This document shows, in pieces, positions 58,870-64,000 of a stretch of 64,000 nt of DNA (position 1 is the first letter of the stretch; each line of letters starts with the position of its first letter). Source of the stretch: Candidatus Undinarchaeales archaeon. Lineage in GTDB: Archaea > SpSt-1190 > JASMDC01. The notes below the pieces were generated by a model, which searched no databases, had not been told where the DNA came from, and saw nothing but the letters and a program-made list of their open reading frames with translations. The translations under genes and the position numbers were made by a program. Location of the stretch: the NCBI GenBank assembly GCA_030753015.1, contig JASMDC010000006.1, forward strand, positions 64,001 through 128,000. Reading direction: 5' to 3'.

Positions 58870-59700
58870 ATGAGCGGGATGTACGCGGAGTTTGAGAACG
58901 CGGGGGCCACCTTTACCGGCGACGTGTTCGAACCGGACATGCCCAACGGCCACGGCGTGGTCCTCTGTCATGGTTTAGGTACCAACCGTAACGAGCTGTA
59001 CGACGTAGCAGAAGCGCTCCGGGACGAGGGCTTCGTGGTGCTCGCGTACGACGAGCGAGCCCATGGCCAGTCAGAGGGTATCTTCCACCTGGACACCATG
59101 GTCGACGACGTCCACGCGGCCCGCAGGTATCTTGAGAACGCATATGACGTTGACCGGATCGGTATGTTCGGCCATAGCCTCGGTGGCTACCTCGCTGCCA
59201 GGGCCGCAGCCGAGCGGGATGGATTCGATGCAGTGGTGACCTGGGCCGCTGCAATTTCACCCCGGGAGGTGCTGAAGGAGACCCAGCCCTGGTTCGACGT
59301 GATTGACGCATGGGTGGACACCGTCGGCCGCCACCTCCACTACTCATCCAGCTACAAGGAGCTGCGCATCGACGATATGGGCGACTATCTGGCCAACCTC
59401 TACGACCGTGATCAGGTCCGAACGGACGACTCGGTGAAGGCTCTTGGCGACGTTCCCTATACTCTAATCCAGGGCGATGCTGACAAGGTGGTCTCGATGC
59501 ACCACGCAAAGGCCATCGCGGCTGCCGCGGACACCGAGCTCGTCGTTGTCCCCGACTGCGGCCACTCCTGTCTCCCCACTCACTCGGAACCACCCTTCTA
59601 CCTTCCGGAGCCCGACCGTCCTGAGGCCCGGCGGGAGGTCATTGCAACGGTGGTGGGCCGGTTCCAGCGGTACCTCGTGGACGCGCCGGGCACCCGATAA
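58870..59700 (+). CDS. Alpha/beta hydrolase
   Basis: LCHGLG, AHGQSEG, GHSLGG nucleophile elbow, QGDADKVV, CGH. Confidence 0.9.
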   Translation: MSGMYAEFENAGATFTGDVFEPDMPNGHGVVLCHGLGTNRNELYDVAEALRDEGFVVLAYDERAHGQSEGIFHLDTMVDDVHAARRYLENAYDVDRIGMFGHSLGGYLAARAAAERDGFDAVVTWAAAISPREVLKETQPWFDVIDAWVDTVGRHLHYSSSYKELRIDDMGDYLANLYDRDQVRTDDSVKALGDVPYTLIQGDADKVVSMHHAKAIAAAADTELVVVPDCGHSCLPTHSEPPFYLPEPDRPEARREVIATVVGRFQRYLVDAPGTR

Positions 59701-59742
59701 TCCAAAGGGTTTTAATCCTGCTCGACCGTAAAGGAGACCACG

Positions 59743-59982
59743 ATGGCTGACGGAATGATCTCCATCGCTCTCCGGGCCGTGGGCACGCTCACCCGGTTAG
59801 TCAAACCACCCATGCACCGTGAGGTCCCTCTCGGTACCACCGTGCGCGAACTGGCACACTTGAACGGCGTGGAGGACGGCATGGTGATGCTCGTGTTCGT
59901 CAACAAGGCGAAGACGACCTTCGATCGTGTGCTTGAGGACGGGGACGAGGTCGTGCTCTACCCTATCGTCGCCGGTGGTTAG
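59743..59982 (+). CDS. MoaD/ThiS (SAMP-like) ubiquitin-fold sulfur carrier
   Basis: VFVN...LEDGDEV.LYP.VAGG with C-terminal Gly-Gly. Confidence 0.9.
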   Translation: MADGMISIALRAVGTLTRLVKPPMHREVPLGTTVRELAHLNGVEDGMVMLVFVNKAKTTFDRVLEDGDEVVLYPIVAGG

Positions 59983-60149
59983 CCTTTCTTACAGCAGACC
60001 GGGCACTTCGGGTCCCGCTCTACGGTCATGACTTCCCCGGTGAGCGATGTCGGATCCTGGTCGAACAGCTTGTTGTAGTGTGGTTCCCCCGCACTGGTGA
60101 GGACCTTAACGACCTCCGCACCCTGTGACCGTGGCACAGGGCGCACCAT
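59979..60149 (-). pseudogene. C-terminal remnant of a ThiF/MoeB/UbaA (E1-like) enzyme
   Basis: Manual translation: MVRPVPRSQGAEVVKVLTSAGEPHYNKLFDQDPTSLTGEVMTVERDPKCPVCCKKG*; an in-frame TGA lies 5 codons upstream; the adenylation domain is absent. Confidence 0.7.
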
Positions 60150-60211
60150 CACGTTTTTAAATCAGCCTCCGTACCCCGCCCCCTGCCACAGGACGGGAAC
60201 GGGTCATTGCC

Positions 60212-61267
60212 ATGGAAGGTAAGATGCGAGCTGTCATGAAGGTCCGGCCGGAGTACGATGGGACCGAGATCGTAGAAGTTGACATTCCCAAACCGGGCCC
60301 TACTGAGGTGCTCATCCGGAACAAGTGCGTGTCGATCTGCGGTACTGACGTCCATATATTCGATTGGGACCCGTGGGCACAGGGCCGGATCAAGACCCCG
60401 CTCATCTACGGGCACGAGTTCGCCGGTGAGATCGTCGAGGTGGGTTCTGCGGTCACCAGCGTAAAGGTGGGCGACCAGGTTTCCGGCGAGTGCCACATCG
60501 TGGACAACCGGTGCGAGATGTGTCAGTCAGGTCGGGCCCACATCTGTGACAACGTGGAAATATTCGGTGTGGACCGCACTGGTATCTTCGCAGAGTACTG
60601 CTGCATACCGGCATTCAACGTGTGGGTCAACGATCCCACGCTCCCCCCCGAATTCTGCTCCGTGCAGGACCCTCTGGGAAATGCCGTGCACACGGTCTTC
60701 TCCACGAACGTATCGGGACAATCTGTGGCGATCCTGGGAGCTGGCCCCATCGGGCTCATGGCCACTGCCGTGTGCAAGGTCTGCGGTGCCTCGGAGATCT
60801 ACGTCGTCGAGGGGAACAACAAGTACCGGGCCAAGCTCGCCAGGAAGGTGGGCGCCTACAAGACCTTCCTCGCCTCTGAACAGGATGTAGAGAAGGAGAT
60901 CCTCGAACGTACCAATGGTGCGGGTGTCGATGTCGTGCTGGAGATGTCGGGCAACGCCCATGCGTTCAACACGGGCCTGCGGATCCTCAAGAAGGGAGGT
61001 CACTTCGCGATCCTCGGAGTGTACAAGGAACCGATCCCGATCGACATCACCGACATGGTGGTATTCAAGGGCATCACGATGGTGGGTATCACAGGCCGCC
61101 ACATGTTCAAGACCTGGCAGATCACCAAGAACCTCCTCAACATCCCCTCGCTCTGCGAGGACCTGTCCACCATCATCACCCACAACATGCCCTTCGAGGA
61201 CTTCAAGAAGGGTATGGAGATCATGCGCTCCGGGCAGAGCGGTAAGGTAGTGCTGTCCCTGGAGTGA
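60212..61267 (+). CDS. tdh: L-threonine 3-dehydrogenase
   Basis: SICGTDVHI..WD.WA, GHEF.G, DPLGNAVHT, GAGPIG, LEMSG, GITGR.MF.TW; adjacent to kbl. Confidence 0.94.
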   Translation: MEGKMRAVMKVRPEYDGTEIVEVDIPKPGPTEVLIRNKCVSICGTDVHIFDWDPWAQGRIKTPLIYGHEFAGEIVEVGSAVTSVKVGDQVSGECHIVDNRCEMCQSGRAHICDNVEIFGVDRTGIFAEYCCIPAFNVWVNDPTLPPEFCSVQDPLGNAVHTVFSTNVSGQSVAILGAGPIGLMATAVCKVCGASEIYVVEGNNKYRAKLARKVGAYKTFLASEQDVEKEILERTNGAGVDVVLEMSGNAHAFNTGLRILKKGGHFAILGVYKEPIPIDITDMVVFKGITMVGITGRHMFKTWQITKNLLNIPSLCEDLSTIITHNMPFEDFKKGMEIMRSGQSGKVVLSLE

Positions 61268-61305
61268 ATCACCGTCACGGTCACAACGACATGGAGGGAG
61301 GAGAC

Positions 61306-62487
61306 ATGCGCGACTCTAAGGCATTCCTGAAACAGGAGTATGAACGACTGGTCAACGAGAACCTCGACTGGCATCTCAAGGTGCTTGAGGGGCCGAGCAC
61401 CCCCCGGTGCACCATCGATGGCCGTGATGTCATCATGCTCTGCTCTAACAACTACCTCAACCTCTCCAACCACCCGAAGATAAAGCAGGCGGCCATTGAC
61501 GCCATCAAGAGCCACGGGGCCGGTTCGGGGTCCGTGCGGGCCATCGCCGGGAACATGGACATCCACGAGGTACTGGAGGCGCACCTGGCCCGGTTGAAGG
61601 ACGTCGAGGCAGCCCTGGTGTACCAGACCGGGTTCGCGGCCAATGCAGGTCTCGTCCCCCAGCTCGTGGGGGCCGGCGACATCATCATCTCCGATGAGCT
61701 CAACCATGGCAGCATCATCGACGGCGTCCGTCTCTCCAAGGCCGACAAGGGCGTGTACGCCCACAACGACATGGCCGACCTGGAGCGGGTGCTGAATGAC
61801 GCTGACAAGGACTTCAAGCGCATCCTAATCATCACCGACGGTGTGTTCTCCATGGACGGCGACATCGCTCCCTTGGACAAGATCGTCAAGCTTGCCGAGG
61901 AGTTCGGCGCCATGACATACGTTGACGACGCCCATGGTGAGGGTGTCATCGGCGATGGCGGTCGCGGTATCGTCTCTCATTTCGGTCTAGAGGGGCGAGT
62001 CGACGTGGAGATGGGGACCTTCTCAAAGGCGTTCGGTGTAGTCGGTGGCTATGTTTCGGGCACCCAGGACCTGAAGAACTTCGCCCTGAACAAGTCGCGC
62101 ACATGGCTGCTCTCCGGCTCGCATCCGCCGGCCGTCGCGGCCGCCTGCAACGCTGCCATCTCCGTGCTGGAGGACGAGCCACAGCACCACAAGACCTTGT
62201 GGGAGAACATCCGCTACTTCAAGGCACAGCTCGAGTCCATGGGTTTCGACTGCGGCCACTCGGACACGGCCATCACACCGGTAATCGTGGGCGAGTCGAA
62301 GAACGCCAAGGCCCTGTCCGACGCCATCATCGCCGACGGCGTGTTCGCCCTCCCCATCCTGTTCCCCATGGTGGCAAAGGACAAAGCACGCATCCGCACA
62401 ATGATGAACGCCGGGCACACCCGTGAGGACCTAGACACCGCGCTCGAGGTCCTGGAGCGCAACGGGAAGAAGCTGGGCCTCATCTGA
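61306..62487 (+). CDS. kbl: 2-amino-3-ketobutyrate CoA ligase (glycine C-acetyltransferase)
   Basis: CSNNYL, SDELNHGSIIDG, TDGVFSMDG, DDAHG, GTFSKA; start MRDSK after GGAGG. Confidence 0.93.
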   Translation: MRDSKAFLKQEYERLVNENLDWHLKVLEGPSTPRCTIDGRDVIMLCSNNYLNLSNHPKIKQAAIDAIKSHGAGSGSVRAIAGNMDIHEVLEAHLARLKDVEAALVYQTGFAANAGLVPQLVGAGDIIISDELNHGSIIDGVRLSKADKGVYAHNDMADLERVLNDADKDFKRILIITDGVFSMDGDIAPLDKIVKLAEEFGAMTYVDDAHGEGVIGDGGRGIVSHFGLEGRVDVEMGTFSKAFGVVGGYVSGTQDLKNFALNKSRTWLLSGSHPPAVAAACNAAISVLEDEPQHHKTLWENIRYFKAQLESMGFDCGHSDTAITPVIVGESKNAKALSDAIIADGVFALPILFPMVAKDKARIRTMMNAGHTREDLDTALEVLERNGKKLGLI

Positions 62488-62509
62488 AGATTAACGGAGG
62501 CCCGCTATC

Positions 62510-63652
62510 GTGGAACCCAGGCGCATCGGGTTCGTGATGAATCCCATTGCCGGTATGGGTGGACGCGTGGCGCTCAAGGGCACCGATGGTGTGGTGGACG
62601 AAGCCCGGGCTCGGGGTGCTGAGCCCGTGGCGCCCGGCAAGGCCCGGGAGACGATGGACGCCTTAGTGCAGCTCGCCGAGAACAAGCCCCTGGCCATCGA
62701 GTGGGTGACCAGTGCAGGGGCGATGGGCGCTGACGCTCTCTCGGTCCTTCCAGATGCACGGATCGAGGTTATCCACGAGCATGCTGACGCCACCTCCGCC
62801 GTGGACACGACGGCGGCCGTCCGGGCTTTCCTGGAGCGCGGGATCGAGCTCGTCGTGTTCTGCGGTGGCGATGGCACGGCCCGTGACATAGTATCCGTGA
62901 CAGGGACATCGGTCCCAGTGCTCGGGATCCCCTCGGGCGTGAAGATGTACTCGGGTGTGTTCGGTATACATCCTGCAAGCTGTGCACAGGTCATCTGGGA
63001 TTTTCTCCACGGCCAGGTGGGGATGGCTGATGCAGAGGTACTGGACCTGGACGAGGACGCGTTCCGGAACGACCGGGTCGAGGTCCGGCTCCATGCTGCT
63101 GCCAGGACGCTCGCAGAGCCCACTTACATCCAGTCAGGGAAGATGGGGTTCGAACGCGTTGATGAGGATGAACTCAAGGACGAGATGGCGATGACGGTCG
63201 TGTTCGAGATGAAACGGAATCCGGACACCCTCTACATACTCGGCTCGGGCTCAACCGTGGAGGCAGTGGGCAGACGCCTCGGGCTCGGGCTCACGGTATT
63301 GGGCATCGATGTCGTCCTGGACCGGAAGATCATTGCTAAGGACGCGGATGAGAAGACCCTCCTGAACATCCTCGAGGAGCATGCTGACCGGCCCCGCTGC
63401 CTTGTGCTCACACCTATCGGCGCCCAGGGATTCATCCTTGGCAGGGGGAACCAGCAGCTCTCACCACAGGTGGTCCATACGATAGGCATGGACAGTATAT
63501 TGATACTAGCAACGGCCTCGAAGCTGGCGAAGACGCCCGTCCTCCGCGTGGACACCGGCGATCCCGGTCTGGACCGGGAGTTCACCAAGAAGGGCTATCT
63601 TCGGGTGACGGTCGGGTTCAACACTGTCCGGATGGTGAAGGTGGAGGGCTAG
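62510..63652 (+). CDS. ATP-NAD kinase-like family protein
   Basis: NPIAGMGG..ALKGTDG, GGDGTARD, GVKMYSGVF, QGFILGRGNQQLS. Confidence 0.85.
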   Translation: MEPRRIGFVMNPIAGMGGRVALKGTDGVVDEARARGAEPVAPGKARETMDALVQLAENKPLAIEWVTSAGAMGADALSVLPDARIEVIHEHADATSAVDTTAAVRAFLERGIELVVFCGGDGTARDIVSVTGTSVPVLGIPSGVKMYSGVFGIHPASCAQVIWDFLHGQVGMADAEVLDLDEDAFRNDRVEVRLHAAARTLAEPTYIQSGKMGFERVDEDELKDEMAMTVVFEMKRNPDTLYILGSGSTVEAVGRRLGLGLTVLGIDVVLDRKIIAKDADEKTLLNILEEHADRPRCLVLTPIGAQGFILGRGNQQLSPQVVHTIGMDSILILATASKLAKTPVLRVDTGDPGLDREFTKKGYLRVTVGFNTVRMVKVEG

Positions 63653-64000
63653 ACCCCCTCCAACACCCGATACACCTCGCCCGCTCGCTCCCGCAGCCGC
63701 GACAGCGCATCGTCGACCGATCGTCCCTTGGCAAGGACCGTGCACACGGGCTCGCCTTGTTCGAGCGGCGTTCCGGGTGCCGGGCGGTCGGACACGTCCG
63801 ACAGCTTCGGTGCGGCGCCGTCCGCTCTGGCGTACACGATCGCTTTCCCCCAGACCTCGGTCCCGGGACGCGGCAGCTCGTCGGGCAGGCGTCCCCGACA
63901 CGCCTCGACGTGGAGACGACCGATGGAAACGTCGAGGGCGCGGTCGAGCGTATCGACCGTAGACTGGGTGCGGGGATTGACCTCGAACACGACCACTGAG
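63649..64000 (-). CDS. C-terminal part of an ATP-grasp protein (partial)
   Basis: VFEVNPR.Q, GKAIVYA, D.P..GT....GEPVCTV; resembles ATP-grasp proteins associated with H4MPT/methanofuran-dependent C1 gene sets. Confidence 0.75.
   Translation of the reverse strand, partial: SVVVFEVNPRTQSTVDTLDRALDVSIGRLHVEACRGRLPDELPRPGTEVWGKAIVYARADGAAPKLSDVSDRPAPGTPLEQGEPVCTVLAKGRSVDDALSRLRERAGEVYRVLEGV

Noticed and set aside
58687-58870. Integrated element at tRNA-Thr
   Set aside because: No integrase, no duplicated tRNA end seen, and the flanking genes look like housekeeping genes.

Overview
GC-rich (~60% by eye) chromosomal segment of an anaerobic archaeon (TATA/BRE promoters, GGAGGTGA-type RBS, tRNA without encoded CCA). 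0.5-23.6 kb (- strand) is a near-continuous H4MPT-type Wood-Ljungdahl super-operon: cdhABC-cooC-cdhDE-mtd-ftr-fwdGDBAC, then an HdrC::GltD/NfnB-like fusion and an HdrA::MvhD fusion, then a second fwd set (fused fwdD::B, fwdA, fwdC) and mch. There is no mer, fwdF, hdrB, mcr or mtr in the window. 25.4-34.3 kb (-) is a complete A1Ao ATP synthase operon with a V-type, Na+-motif c subunit. 34.9-47.4 kb (+) holds two glutamate dehydrogenases (the first has the catalytic Lys replaced by Met), a NuoEFG/HydABC(Bfu)-like trio whose large subunit has lost its catalytic site, NfnAB, and a PEP/pyruvate-binding dikinase-like protein. 47.7-64 kb is mixed: glycan-modification genes, XdhC, MtnA, a transglutaminase-like protein, tRNA-Thr(CGT), MoaD/SAMP with an E1 remnant, tdh-kbl, an NAD-kinase-like protein and a partial ATP-grasp gene. 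The best candidates for undescribed systems are the HdrB-less Hdr/NAD(P)H module embedded between the fwd operons and the pseudo-GDH/GDH/Bfu/Nfn/dikinase module. All calls come from motif recognition; no searches were run.
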